Made by a program: the position numbers and the translations under genes. A DNA stretch of 64,000 nt, from the NCBI RefSeq assembly GCF_018350175.1, contig NC_058368.1, positions 86,492,001 through 86,556,000 on the forward strand. Direction: 5' to 3'. This stretch comes from Felis catus (taxonomy: Eukaryota). Positions 24,330-38,292 of the stretch are shown here, one piece after another. Within the stretch, counting starts at the first letter, position 1. Each line of letters begins with the position of its first letter. Below the pieces are notes generated by a model. That model did no database searches, was not told the origin of the DNA, and worked only from the letters and a program-made list of their open reading frames with translations.

Positions 24330-27300
24330 GAGGATAAAATAATTATGCAAAATGAGAATTGATTTAGGGAAATCAGTGACTTGATCAAACATAATAACAT
24401 CCATTTTACAGAAATCCCAGAAGAAGAGAGAGGAAAGGGGCAGAAAGTTTATTTGAAGAGATAGTAGCTGAAAACTTCCCTAATCTGGGGAATAAAGTAG
24501 ATTTCCAGATGCAGGAGACACAGGGAACCTGCATGAGAATCAACAAAAGCATACCAAATCAAGACACATTGTAACTAAAATGGCAAAATATAGTAATAAA
24601 GAAAAAAAATGAAAGCAGCAAGATGAAATACATCCTTATCTTGCAAGGGAAAATGCATGAAGTTAGCAGAAAATTTTTCAACAGAAAGTTTTCAAGCCAA
24701 AAGGGAGTGTCATGATATATTCAAAGTGCTGGAAAAAATCTAGATCCAAGAATGAAGTATCCAGCAAGTCTATCATCCAGAATATAAGGACAGATAAAGA
24801 ATTCCCCAGATGAACAAACACTAAATGAGTTTGTGATCATTAAACCAGCTCTGCAAGATATAATGCAAGGGAATCTTTGAGGGGAAAGGAGAGACCAAAA
24901 GTGACAGTTTAAAGATAGGAAACACAAAAACAGTAAATGTGAATATTTGCACACACCCTCAAAAATCAGTGAACTGACAAAAAAGGATATAAAATATAAT
25001 AACATATACCTGAAATATAGAGAGGAGAAGGGGAAAGAATGTATTCAAATTTAAATAGCCATCAATTTAACATAGCCTATATGTAGAAGTCATTATATAC
25101 AAACCTAATGGTAACCAAGTATCCAGAACGACTAATAATATGGAAAGAATAAAGTGAAAGAAATCCAAATATACCACTAAAGAAAATCAGCACAACGTGA
25201 AACAGAGAAAGACAAGAAAGGATCAGAGAAAATGTTCAGAAACAACTGCAGAACAAATAATAAACTAACAATAAATAAATATTTATCAATAATTACTTTT
25301 CATGTAAATGAGCTAACTGCTTCAATCAATCAAAAGGCATATGATGAAAGAACAAGTTAGAAAAAAAAAAAGACCCATCTATGATGTGCCCACAAAAGAC
25401 TCATTTTAAACCTAAAAACAGCAGCAGATTGAAAGTGAGAGGATGGAGAAATATTTACTATCCAAATGGAAGCCAAAAGAAAGCTGGAGTGGTTGGGGCA
25501 CCTGGGTGACTCAATTGGTCAAGCGTCCAACATTGGCTCAGGTCGCGACTCACAGGTTGTGAGTTTGAGCCCCACATCCGGCTCTCTGCTGACAGTGCAG
25601 AACCTGCTTCAGATCCTCTTCTCCCTCTCTCTGCCCGTCCCCCTTCTCTCTCAAAAACAAGCATTTTTTTAAAGCTGTAGTAGTAATAGTTATATCAGAA
25701 AAAAAAAACACTAGATTTTAAAACAAAAACAGTAACAAAAGTGGAAGAAGGATGCTGTAAAATTGTAAAGGGGACAATCTATCAAGAAACTTATAACAAC
25801 TGTAAATATTTGTGCATCCAACAAATCACCCAAATACATAAAACAGTTCATAACAAACATAAAGAAACTAATAGTAATACAATAATAGGGAACTTTAACA
25901 CCTCATTTATGTTAATGGACAGATTTCTAAACAGAACAAGGAAACAATTCTTCAAATGACACACTCAAACAAGTGGATTTAACAAATATATTCAGAACAT
26001 TCCATCCTAAAACAGCATAGTACACACTGTTTTCAAATACACATTGGGTGTACTCCAGAATAGCATCCACATTAGGATACACACAAGTTTTATCAAACTT
26101 GATTCAAAAAGATCAAAGTCATACCATGCATTTTAACTGACCACAGTGATATGAAACTGGAAGTGAACCACAAGTAAAACTATGGAAATACCACAAAAAT
26201 ATAGAGATTAAATAACATGCTATTAAATAATCAATGGACAACCAGGAAATCAAATAAGAATTTTTTTTTAAGTACATGGAAAAAATCATGAAAACATAGC
26301 AGTCCAAAACATTTGGGGTGAAGCAAAAGCAGTGTTAATTGGGAAGTGTGTAGCAATACAGGCCTACCCCAAGAAGCAAGAATAATCTCAAATAAACAAC
26401 TTAACCTTACACAAGGACTAGAAAAATAAAAACTAACAAAACGTATATTCAGCAGAAGAAAATAAATAATAAAGATTTAACCAGAAATACATGATATAGA
26501 GGGATGCCTGGGTGGCTCAGTCCATTAACCATCTGACTTGGCTCAGATCATGATCTCATGGTTCAAGGGTCCAAGCCTTTCATCAGGCTCTGTGTTTCCA
26601 GCTCAGAGCCTGGAGCCTGCTTCACATTCTGTGTCTCCCTCTCTCTCTGTCCCTTCCCCACTCGTGCTCTTTCTAGCTCTCTCAAACATAAATAAATAAT
26701 AATAAACGTTAAACGTTAAAACAGTTAAAAAATGGGGCGCCTGGGTGGCGCAGTCGGTTAAGCGTCCGACTTCAGTCAGGTCACGATCTCACGGTCCGTG
26801 AGTTCGAGCCCCGCGTCAGGCTCTGGGCTGATGGCTCAGAGCCTGGAGCCTGTTTCCGATTCTGTGTCTCCCTCTCTCTCTGCCCCTCCCCCATTCATGC
26901 TCTGTCTCTCTCTGTCCCAAAAATAAATAATAAACGTTGAAAAAAAATTAATAAAAAAAAACAGTTAAAAAATAAATGACATAGAAACTTAAAAAAAAAA
27001 CAAAAAATACATAGTACACATCGAATAAATAAGATGCCTCTTTGAAATGAAATCAATAAAATTGATAAATCTCTAGCCAGACTTATCAGAAAAAATGAAA
27101 AACAATGTTCATATAAAAAATCATAAATGAGAGAGGAAAAATAACAAATAACACCACAGAAATACAAACAATTATAAGTGAATATTATGAAAAAGTATAT
27201 GCCAACCAATTGGACCACCTGGAATAAATGGATAAATTCCTAGAAACATGTAATGCCAAAACTGAAACAGTCAGAAATAGAAAATTTGAACATACCAATA

Positions 27301-27609
27301 ACCACTAAATAAATTGAACCAGTAATAAAAAAAAAAAAACTGAACAATCAGAAGTCCAGGGCCAGATGGCTTCACAGGTGAATTCTACCAAACATTTAAA
27401 GAAAAATTAATACCAATTATTCTCAAAAAATATTGTAAAAAAATAGAAGAAAAAGGAAAACTTCCAAATTTGTTCTATGAAGCCAGCATTACTGTAATAT
27501 CAAAACTGGATAAACACACCACTAAAAAGAGAACAGGCCAATATCCTGGATAAGTATAGATGCAAAAATTCTAATCAAATACTAGCAAACCAAATTCAAT
27601 AATATATTA

Positions 27610-27647
<38 letters not shown>

Positions 27648-27770
27648 TTCAATCCCATCAAGTGAAATTTATTCCTGGGTTGCAATCTTTGCAAATCAAT
27701 CAATGTGATACAGCACGTCAATAACAGAAAGGATAAGATCCATGTGATCATTTCAATATGTCAAAAAAGA
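24330..27770 (+). mobile_element. Decayed LINE-1 (partial ORF1 and 5' half of ORF2), with SINEs at 25495-25670, 26501-26715 and 26734-26957
   Basis: ORF1/ORF2 motifs (gctgaaaacttccctaatctgggg; ccagatggcttcacaggtgaattctacc). Confidence 0.88.
26734..26957 (+). mobile_element. Young Can-SINE inserted in the tail of an older SINE
   Basis: TSD aaaacagttaaaaaat at 26718-26733 and 26958-26973. Confidence 0.95.
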
Positions 27771-27935
27771 AAACAAAACAAAATAATAAATGAAGACCCC
27801 TCCAACGACTTTCAGTTTATGTGGTTTACCATTATCAGTATTTATCATATTAAAATTAAAACTAATATTTATAAAAATAAGGGAGAAACCAACTCACAAA
27901 AAATATAAAACCAACTCACATTAGAAGATGAATTT

Positions 27936-28158
27936 GGGGGGTGTCTGGGTGGGTCAGTCGGTTGAGCGCCCAACTTCATCTCAGGTCATGATCTCACGGT
28001 TCATGTGTTTGAGTCCTATATTGTTCTCTGTGCTGACAGCTCAGAGCATGGAGCCTACTTTGGATTCTGTGTCTCCCTCCCTCTCTCTCTCTGCCCCTTC
28101 CTCACTTGCACTCTGTCTCTCTCTCTCTCTCAAAGCTAAATAAACATTAAAAAAAAAA
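27936..28158 (+). mobile_element. Can-SINE
   Basis: TSD aagatgaatttgg / aagatgtatttgg. Confidence 0.9.
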
Positions 28159-28486
28159 AAGATGTATTTGGAACTTTGTATAGTCTCCAGTGTGCTGACC
28201 TCAAGGGAGAAAATGGTGTCCTGGTTCAAGACCTGTCCCCTTATATTATATAAATAAATACACTTTAATAAGTAAATACTCCCACAATGATACAATATAA
28301 TTATCTATAGAGAGAAACATGATTATCTTTATTTCATTACTCTCTGTTTTTTCACCCTTGACTAGGAATCTAAATGAATCTAAATGAATGCTCAGGCCTA
28401 TGGATATATAGTGGGGAGGAAAATTGTTGATTGGGAAAAGTCTTAAGGAGGAAGGTATGTATTGATAATTTTCAAAGATTGTTGCA

Positions 28487-28680
28487 GGGATATCTGGGTG
28501 GTTGAGTCTGTTTAAGTGTCCAACTCTTGATTTTGGCTCAGGTCAAAATCAAGCCCTACTTCAGGCTCTGTGCAGACAGCCTGGGACTGCCTGGGATTCT
28601 CTCTCTCCCTCTCTCTCTGCCCCTCCCCCATTTGCATACTCTGTCTCTCAAAATAAATAAATAAATAAACATTTTTTAAA
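28487..28680 (+). mobile_element. Can-SINE, older copy
   Basis: Head, CT tract, (aaat)n tail. Confidence 0.85.
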
Positions 28681-28904
28681 AAGAAGATATTATGCAGAAA
28701 ATTTGCATTTTTGTTTGAAGGAAAAAAAACATTCTTTCTTGAAAAAAGTTTAGATTGTTATGCCCAACATGTCTATGTGAATATATAGACAATGTTGTAA
28801 ATACAAGATATAATTGGTGAGCACAAAGAATTTGAATGGTACTTTATTACACACACACACACGCACACACATGTGTGTGAAATAGTTAACATTTCTAGTC
28901 TTTA

Positions 28905-28928
28905 CAATTTAATATTTTTCTTTCCTAG
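28905..28928 (+). promoter_or_regulatory. Candidate splice acceptor for the OR1C1-like coding exon
   Basis: atttttctttcctag ending 13 nt before the ATG; OR genes commonly have an intron in the 5'UTR. Confidence 0.65.
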
Positions 28929-28941
28929 ATTTGTTGGGAAG

Positions 28942-29877
28942 ATGGAAACAGGAAATATAACAATTATCAAGGATTTTGTCCTTCTGGGACTTTCTGGATC
29001 AGCAGAGCAGCAACATTTCCTATCTGTGCTCTTCCTATGTATGTACTTAATCACTATATCAGGCAACATGCTCGTCATCTTGGTTGTGGGCTTTGACTTT
29101 CACCTCCATTTACCCATGTATTTCTTCCTTAGTAACTTGGCCTTTGTTGATATCTGTTTTACCTCGACTACTATCCCCCAAATGATAGTGAACATTGTGA
29201 CTGATACACAGACAATCTCTTTCATAGGATGCCTCAGCCAGCTTTTCTTCTTCATTTCTTTTGTGAATATGGACAGCCTTCTTCTCTGTGTGATGGCATA
29301 TGATAGGTATGTGGCAATTTGCCGCCCTTTACATTATACTTCAATTATGAATCTGCACTTTTGTGTCCAGCTAGTGGCTGGGCTCTGGATTGTCACTTAT
29401 CTCCATGCCCTCTTACACACTCTCTTAATGGCACATCTATAGTTCTCTGCTTCCAATATCATCCACCATTTCTTCTGTGATCTCAACCCTCTCTTGAAGC
29501 TCTCTTGCTCTGATATATCCCTCAATGTGATGGTTATTTTTATAGTGGGAGGTCTATTTGCTCTCACTCCCCTTATCTGCATCCTCATATCTTATGGACT
29601 GATCTTCTCCACGATCCTGAAGATCACATCTACTCAGGGGAAACAGAAAGCTTTTTCCACCTGTGGCTGCCACCTGTCAGTGGTGGTGTTGTTCTATGGC
29701 ACCGCCAGTGCTGTCTATTTCACCCCCTCCTCCTCTTTTACCCCTGAGAGTGACACCTTGTTAGCCATGATGTATACAGTGGTGACTCCAATGGTAAATC
29801 CTTTCATCTACAGTCTAAGGAACAACGACATGAAGAGAACACTTCAGAAAATGCTTTGTAAGGATTTACACTTTTAG
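28942..29877 (+). pseudogene. OR1C1: Olfactory receptor family 1 (OR1C1-like) with premature stop at codon 167
   Basis: METGNIT...PMYFFLSNL, MAYDRYVAIC, KAFSTCGCHL, PMVNPFIYSLRN all in one frame across TAG 29440-29442; closely resembles human OR1C1 as recalled (SAEQQH, FVNMDSLLLCV, PESDTL); aataaa at 29926-29931. Confidence 0.9.
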
Positions 29878-29974
29878 CAGCAATCATGAATACCTAATGG
29901 CTGAATTAGACATCATGAATATGGTAATAAAATGTGCATTCACGGGTGATCATAGTAATAGTAATAAAAGCAAA

Positions 29975-30180
29975 TAACAGCTAATAAATGTCTCTGTCAT
30001 GCTGGAAATGATGATAAATGCTTTATATAGATTATCACATATAATCCTCAGAGTATAGAAATTAGATAAAATTATAAATCCATCTTTCAGATATGGAAAA
30101 TGAATTTCAGGGAAGTTATATAGTGTGTGTATTGCCCTACTTTGTGAGTAAGGAATCTCTGGCTCCAGTACAAATATATT
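29975..30180 (-). mobile_element. MIR remnant
   Basis: catctttcagatatggaaaatgaa core-like sequence. Confidence 0.55.
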
Positions 30181-31132
30181 CTTGTGAAAATTATCAGTCT
30201 CTGTGATAAATTTCACAAATATCATAGATTAAGATAAACCATTCTGAACTTGAAATTTTATGAGTCCAAATTTAAATAAGTAGTCATGGACACAAATACT
30301 AGCTTCATAGTAAAGTGGAATGGTAAGGTCCTTGCATTCCTAATTTATAATGCAAAGTAAGGAATGCATATTCACATTAAAAATAAATAAACAAACAAAG
30401 CTGGAGTGATGACTTGTAACCTTCAGTTTTATCTAATAAGAAAGGATAGTTGTTTCATATTTGTGTAGTAAAATATTATCTTTCCCAAAGGTTATCTCAA
30501 TCCCTTATGACAGTTTTATGTGTAGAAAGTTGCTTAGGGTTATAATTTTGCATACAGAATACTATTAGGGTTTGGTGATGTCTGTTTTAGGATTTCAAAT
30601 ATCATACAGGTAAATTCTGGACTGGTTACCTTTACCACGTTGAGCCATCAGATATTACATTACCAATAGTTATTTTTCCAGGAATAAATAATATTACACT
30701 CTTTATTCTACAATTTTTATTAGTTGTTAGTTTTCTTCTCTTTATTAATTTGTGTTTCATCAGTGTTCAATCCTTAAATCAATTGTTGCAGACTCAGAGT
30801 AAAGGTCTAAACATTTAGCAGTTTCCAACAACCAAAATAGTGACCTAACCCAAGTTACTTGAATTCTTTCTTTTGCAAATATCTAAATAGCCAGCTGAGA
30901 TGGAACAGCTATGTAACGGAAAATTCTATATCCTTTTACCATAAACACCTTGCAAGACTTTACCTGTCTGATGATGAGCTTCAGCAAAATCATGACACAA
31001 ATGGCAGCACATAGGAGGGATCAGTAAGGAAGAGGGAAATGATAGTGATGGGGGGGGGGTGGAAGTAGATATGCAGCAGTCTACACCATATATCATGAAT
31101 CTTTCTTAGACCAGATCAGAAATTTAAAAGTT

Positions 31133-31335
31133 GGGGACTCCTGGGTGGCCCAGTCAATTGAGTATCTGACTCTTGATTTTGATTCAGGTCATGATATCAC
31201 AGTCCATGAGTTTGAGCCCTGTATTGCTCTCTGTGTTGACAACAAAAAGCCTGCTTGGGATTCTCTCCCTCCCTCTCTCTCTGTTGCTCCCTTCCTCACA
31301 TATGCTCTCTCTCTTTCAAAGTAAATAAATAAGCA
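31133..31335 (+). mobile_element. Can-SINE
   Basis: Head, CT tract, aataaa. Confidence 0.88.
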
Positions 31336-31616
31336 TAGAAAAAACAAGGAAATATATAGGTAAATTTGCACAAAATTGTAACCTGGTAGCATGAACTGGT
31401 TGTTTTATAATGCATTTGGTATCCTTCGTACTTGCCATAGAAACCATAATTCCACTTACCCACTAGGATAAATAAAGTGAACTCATGAGAAATAAAAATT
31501 TTAGTATCATATTTCAGTAGTTTAAAGGATGTAGGTGATTGCAAGACACAAGAAAAGCATAAAGCCTCATAAAATGGGTGCAGCTCACCAGACCTTCTTT
31601 ATCCTATTAAGATGGA

Positions 31617-32944
31617 CTATGAGCATGACATATGTTTCCATTTGTTTGTATTATCTTCAGTTTTCTTCATCAATGTCTTATGTCCTCAGAGTACAGGTCT
31701 TTCATGTCTTTGGCTAAATTTAGTCTTAGGTATTTTATTCTTATTGATGTCAATAGGATAATTTTCTTAATTTCTCTTCAGGCTCCTTTTTATTTATATA
31801 TAGAAAAGCAACAGATAGATATAGATATAGATATAGATATAGATATAGATATAGATATAGATACAGTTTAGATATATAGATATAATTTTTGTAGGCTGTA
31901 ACTTTACTGAATTCATTTGCCAGTTCTATAGTGCTTGGGGGATTCTTTAGGGCTTTTTATGTACTATCATGTGATCTGTAAATAGGTAGGTTTTACTTTT
32001 TCTTTACACATTTGGTTGTGATTTATTTATTTATTTATTTAGTCTGATTGCTGCAGCCAGGATTTCCAGTGCTATGTTGAAGAAAAGTGCTGAGAATGGA
32101 CATCCTTGCATTGTTTCTGATCTTAGAGAAAGCTTTTAGTTGTTTCCCATTAAGTATGATGTTAGCTGTTGGTGAGGACATGAAGAAAAGGGAATACTTG
32201 TGTACTATTGGTAAAAATGTAAATTGATTCAGCCACTATGGAAAACAGTATGGAAGTTCCTCCGAATATTAGGAAAAAAAGAAATACCATATGATCCAGT
32301 AATTTCACTGCTGAGTATTCACCCAAGAAAGCCAAAACACTAATTCAAAAAGATATTTGCATGCTATGTTTATTGCAATATTGTTTTATTATGTTTATTA
32401 TGGACAAGATAGGGAAACAACCTAAATGTCCATCAATATGTGATTGGACAGGGAAAATATGATATATATACACAATAGAATATTACTCATTGATAAAAGA
32501 GCATAAAATCTTGTCATTCACAACATTGATGAACATAGAACGTATCATGTTAAGTGAAATTAGTTGGACACAAAGACAATCACCGTATGTTTTTACTCAT
32601 AATTGGGATATAAACAACGAAACAAAACAAAGGCAAACAAAAATAGAAACAGGCATGTACAGAGAACAAACTGGTGGTTGCCAGAGGGGAGGGGATGGTG
32701 GATGAGCAAAATATCTGAAAGAGATTAAGCGGTACAATCCCCTTTTATAAAATATGTAAGTCACGGGGATGAAAGGTATAGCATAGGGAATAGAGTCAAT
32801 AATATTGTAATAATTTTGTATGGTGACAGATGGAAACTACACTTACCATGGTGAGCATTGTGTAATATATAGATTACACACAATGTTCACTGTTGTATCC
32901 CTGAAACTCATGTATATTAACTCTACTTCAAATTAAAAAAAATT

Positions 32945-32945
<1 letters not shown>
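31617..32945. mobile_element. L1 fragment: antisense ORF2 piece (31617-32170) joined to a sense 3' end (32171-32945)
   Basis: Orientation switch at gctgttgg|tgagg; tail followed by (GAAA)n; (ATAGAT)n inside at ~31813-31862. Confidence 0.8.
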
Positions 32946-32995
<50 letters not shown>

Positions 32996-34624
32996 AAAAA
33001 GAAAACCATGCCATGACCTACATGTAACATATGATGTCTCCAAATCATACTTGATGGATATTACCTTGCACAGAAGGAGGTACTTAGATCAAGAAACTAC
33101 TCCACTCAGTATAAAATGACTATATAATTGGTACCTATGTTTCAGCATCCTTGCCTACTTACCCATTAATTCTAAATTTATTTACCATAAGCAATCCAGA
33201 GAAGTGGGATATATCCTCCTAAACACATTCCATAAGTAACACTTTTAGTTCCCTTTCTGCTAGAAATTACTGTCAGAAGATCTCATTAGATCTCATTAAT
33301 TACAAAAAAAAAGATTTGATCTGGTTATTTCTTTTTACATGTGTCATTAGAAGAGGAAAGATTAGGCACAGTCTTACCTGCTAACATTTCCTTCCCAGCC
33401 ACTCATAAGATTGGGCGGATGAGGAACCATAGATGTCACAGATAATTGTTTGAGTGGTTGTTTTACTCTAGGATGTGAATATAGATACCCCAGAACATTT
33501 AAGAGTGACAAGGAAGTTTTGATAAAAAAATAAATTGTTCCTTTTTCCCTAATCTCTTAGTTTTTATTCTCTATACTGCTACCACTGTACTGTTATAATT
33601 TATATAAAAAAGAGAAGACTTTGAATATAAACTAAACAAACCATATACCACTTAAAAATGAATTAAGTTTTATCCCTTGAACTTTCATCTCATTTTGTAA
33701 CAATTAAACAAAACATCCTTAATAAAGAAATAGAGAAATATGAAAAATTCAAGTTTTGGAAGTATAGCTATAAAAACACTCAAGAACAGAATAAATGTAA
33801 AAGCTAATTAATTAAAGCAAATGCAAATACCATGTGAAAATATTAAGAAAAGGTTAGACTATAAATGTGTTCAGTGTTCAGTGCTTTTATTAACTTATAT
33901 TTCACAAAGAAGAAAGAGCCAATTATATCATATTTTTTCTAAAATATTGAAATAGTTATAAATTCTATTGATAAATTAAGAAAATGATCTGCAATACATA
34001 TACATCTAAAGAGGAAGCAAGGAACTATAACCTATTTCAGAAGTACCCTCATTGTGGGATCTAGCATAATTTATCTGTTTATAAAAATTTCGTGTTCTAA
34101 TAGGCTCAGGCATCTAAGAGGTTTTTTTTTAGAAAATTTCACTGCAAAGAAATATAAAAAAATTTCTCTCTTTCTGTCTCTCTATCTGCCTTTCAATATA
34201 TAATCCACTGATGTTCATATAACTTATTTTTATAATAAAATTAAAGAATGCTTAAAGTGTTCTTAATATTTATTCAAAATGGATAAAAGACAATATTCCA
34301 AGCTTTTTAATGTAGATATAAAAATGATAGTGTAAATCCTATATGTGGACTTGAAAAATGCATATCACATATTGTTTTGTGAAAGAAAATAGTGCACTAA
34401 AGAGCATGTAAGGATTCATATCATCTTTGTAAAATATGTATGTGCTCACACATTTATCTATATTTGTATGTTAGAAAAATCTAAAATATGTAATGCAAAA
34501 TATAATAAAGTAATTAACTCTGGTTATTGGGATCATCAGCAATTTTTACAATTTTCTTCTTCATTTCGTTTGACTTCAGATTGGATTTTTTTTTCTTTAC
34601 ATACCATAAAATCATCTCTTTTCT

Positions 34625-34841
34625 TTTTTAAAATTTTTTAACGTTTTATTTATTTTTGAGACAGGGAGAGACAGAGCAGGAACAGGGGAGGGTCGGAGAG
34701 AGGGAGACACAGAATCTGAAACAGGCTCCAGGCTCTGAGCTGTCAGCACAGAGCCCCACGCGGAGCTCGAACTCATGGACCGCGAGATCATGAACTGAGC
34801 CGAAGTCGGCCACTTAACCGACTGAGCCACCCAGGCGCCCC
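34625..34841 (-). mobile_element. Feline Can-SINE
   Basis: TSD taaaatcatctcttttct at 34607-34624 and 34842-34859. Confidence 0.96.
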
Positions 34842-35744
34842 TAAAATCATCTCTTTTCTAATGTTATTTTCCATCCACTCTTTTGTAGAAAGCATCTTCT
34901 TCATTCACACAGAATAACTTCTAGTTCTTGGAATCTGTCATTATGCATTAGGCTTTTCTGGTTATCATATACTTTCTCTCCTTATAATTCAGTAAAAACA
35001 ATCTTACCTTCCTGTATTTCACCCTCCAAAATTAAAGTTTTCCATCTACCAGTAAAATGCCTTTGATTGCCATGTTTCTTTACATTTATTGGCTTCTGTA
35101 TTAATACTCATCACAGAATTTTTCACACTAGTTCTAGATATTTTGTCTCATCTTCATATGTTCGTGGCCTGGAATTTTAAGTCTTTGGTCATAATTTTGT
35201 ATTTAAAAAATTTCCTTGTTGTAAACATTATTGATTTGGTTTTCCTTTTTTTTTTTTTTTTTTTTTTTGGTATGCCCCCTAACAATAAAGTTTCAAGCCC
35301 TTTGTTATATAACTGTTTTTTTCTTCACAACTAAGTAAATATAAGTTATGGAAAGACCATTACCCATATCTATAGAGATGCATTTCAGCTGGTATTGTGT
35401 TCAGCAGGATGTCCGTATACCCCAGTGACTTTTACCAACATACTCAGCAGATAATCCATGATATAGCAATATTGTTGCTTCAATTATTATGGGAAGAAAA
35501 GGTGTTGGTAAAGTTACTTATTAGCACAGGAAAAAATTGTAACTAGAGAATAGAATTTGTTACATTATGCCATGTTTCAGGCAATATTTTAACATCACAG
35601 AAGTGAAATATATGTGCAAAGTTACATTAACATTCTATTAATCCAAATAGCATCCATTTGGGCAGAGCAGTGTGGATCTGATTCTAGATATTTCTGTATG
35701 CAAAAAGTGTGATATCATACTGATTTGTTAAATCAAATAAATCT

Positions 35745-35905
35745 GGTGGTGTCTGGGTGGCTCAATTTGTTGAGCATCCAAGTCTTGACCTTGACTCAGC
35801 CACTAAGAGTGGGGAACTTGCTGGGGATTCTCTCTCTCTCCCACTCCCTCTGATCTTCCACCTCACTGTCTCTCAAAATAAAAAAAATAAATAAACAAAC
35901 TTAAA
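35745..35905 (+). mobile_element. Internally deleted Can-SINE
   Basis: Head and tail present; TSD aaatctg-like. Confidence 0.75.
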
Positions 35906-36767
35906 AACATAAATCTGATGGTGAATAGCACTCAATGTTTCTGCCAGTATAGTGAATAATCAATGTGCAGTCATAATCGGGAGTCTTTGTTCTTTCTTAG
36001 TATCTAATGCACCCTGGGTGTAAACAAAATCTTTGTTTTATGATACCATTATGTATTTTTATATTTGCCACATTTTATGGTTCTCCAACCACGGTGATCT
36101 GTGCCAAGGCCAGGAAAGTCTCCTCCCTCAGACATGTGTAAAATCACCCAACTCCTCTTCAGATTGTTCCAGAGCACAGGTGGATATTCATTATCATTGG
36201 GTCAGAAATATTTTTCTACTCCCTCAACATCTGACGGGCTTTACTTCTTTGGTTAAATACTTTATGTATATTTTACATAAAGAAGAGTGCACATATTTTA
36301 TGAATACAGCTGAACATATTTTTACAAACTTCACACACCCATTTTATCAGCATCTAGAATACATAGAACAAATCACACCCCAGAACCTCCTTTACAACTC
36401 AACACTGAACATAAGTGTTATCCTGACTTCTGAAAACATCCTGTTTTAAATATTTATAGAAGATGAATGACATTTTACAGGGTATTTCCTGTATGTCCAG
36501 TTTCTTGTGCTTAATATTGTCTCTGAGATTCACATCTATTGTTGGATATAGCTACAAAATTTCCATTCCAGGTGTGATTTATAGGGTCTAGTTGTTTGAA
36601 TATGCAAAATGTTTTAACAGTTAAAGACATTTTGAGAGTGTGTAGATGATGATAGATAGATGATAGATAGATCGATAGATAGATAGAATATTTCTCCTCT
36701 AATCAATTTTAAACATCCTATAGATCAAATGTGGCACATTGATAATGAAATACTGACTTTCATTCAG

Positions 36768-37245
36768 TGTTTTAGTTTTCTATTATTGCACATACAGATT
36801 ACCATAAGCCTAATAGCTTAAAAGCACAAATTTCACGTTTTTATAGGTCAGACTTACTGAAATAAAATTATGGTATTTCAGGGCTATGTTATCGTCTCAA
36901 ATCTTTAGGGAAAAATCTGTTTCCTTGCATTTTCCAGCTTCTAGAGGTTTCCCACATTCCTTGAATCATGGGCCTCCTTACTTTATCTTTAAAAGTCAAC
37001 ATTGCCCAGTAAGGTTCATCTCATAGGGCCATCTTTCTGATTTTCTGACTACAGTTGAGAAAGACTCTCATTTTTTAAGATTTTATGTGATTACATTGAA
37101 CCCAACTGGATTATCTAGGATATCCTCTCCGTATCAAGGTCTATAAATTTAATTCTATCACCAATGTCCTTTTTTTCCATATAAATAACATATTCATATA
37201 TTCTGGGTACAAACATGGACTTTTGAGTATCCATGAATTGCCACT
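36768..37245 (-). mobile_element. MaLR (MLT1-like) LTR
   Basis: ttccagcttctagagg...cacattcctt and gattacattgaacccaactggat motifs. Confidence 0.7.
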
Positions 37246-37264
37246 ATATGACGGATTCCCAATG

Positions 37265-37484
37265 TTTTATTTTTTTTTAACTTTAATGTTTATTTATTTT
37301 TGAGAGAGAGAGACAGAGTATGAACGGGGCAGGGGCAGAGAGAGGGAGACACAGAATCCAAAGCAGGTATCAGGCTTCGAGTTGCCAGCACATAGCCTGA
37401 CATGGGTTTCAAACCCACGAACCACGAGATCATGACCTGAGTCGAAGTCAGACGCTTAACTGATTGAGCCACCCAGGCCTCCCA
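37265..37484 (-). mobile_element. Can-SINE
   Basis: Reverse SINE body with T-rich tail. Confidence 0.9.
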
Positions 37485-37530
37485 TCAATGTTCTTATTTC
37501 TTAGAAAACTACACTTTACATGAAAATTCC

Positions 37531-37571
<41 letters not shown>

Positions 37572-38019
37572 CCAAATATATATATATATAATCATTTTAT
37601 ATTGTACATCTAGCATTTGTATAATACAAATCAATGACTTGAAAATGAGACAGATACACAAATCATTTTTCTAAGAAATCAATATATATTTACTGTCATT
37701 GAAAATTTTCTCTGCATATTACACAAATTCAGTATTTTTTTCTTCTGAAAATAGTTATTTATGATGAAAAATACCTATGTGTACAGAATTAGAACTATTA
37801 AATACAATTTATTATAATCCATTGCCAGGAGAATTAATTATGAAGAAACTCAATGCAAATACAGAACCAGTTTTTGGAGACTCAGAATAATGATGATTAA
37901 ACTCAGTCCATCAATATATCTTAAATATTTTTTTACTTCAATATCAAGTAACATACAATTTATTTCAATAAGGTTCCTTCACGCTGGCCAATATCTTTAA
38001 AAATGACAGAAGTACCTCA

Positions 38020-38261
38020 GGGCACCTGAGTGGCTCAGTCGGTTAAGCATCCGACTTGGGTGCAGGTCATGATCTTACTGCTCATGAGTTTGAGCCCCGC
38101 ATTGGGCTCTGTGCTGACAGCTTGGAGCCTGGAGCTTGCTTCAGATTCTGTGTCTTCCTCTCTCCCTCTCCCTCCCCCACTCACCTTCTCTCTCTCAAAA
38201 ATAAATAAGCGTTAAATTATTTATTTATTTTTATTTTTTTTAATTTTTTAGTGTTTGTTTA

Positions 38262-38292
<31 letters not shown>

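Noticed and set aside
28873..28941. N-terminal extension of the OR ORF
   Set aside because: Non-ATG start that crosses a polypyrimidine tract and acceptor; the likely start is the ATG at 28942.
29440..29445. Stop-codon readthrough rescuing the OR pseudogene
   Set aside because: TAG-TTC is not a recognised leaky context, and a conserved Cys nearby is also lost.
36033..36449. 138-aa ORF (likewise 20936-21319 and 23297-23644)
   Set aside because: Non-ATG or low-complexity, overlapping old repeats, no recognisable domain.
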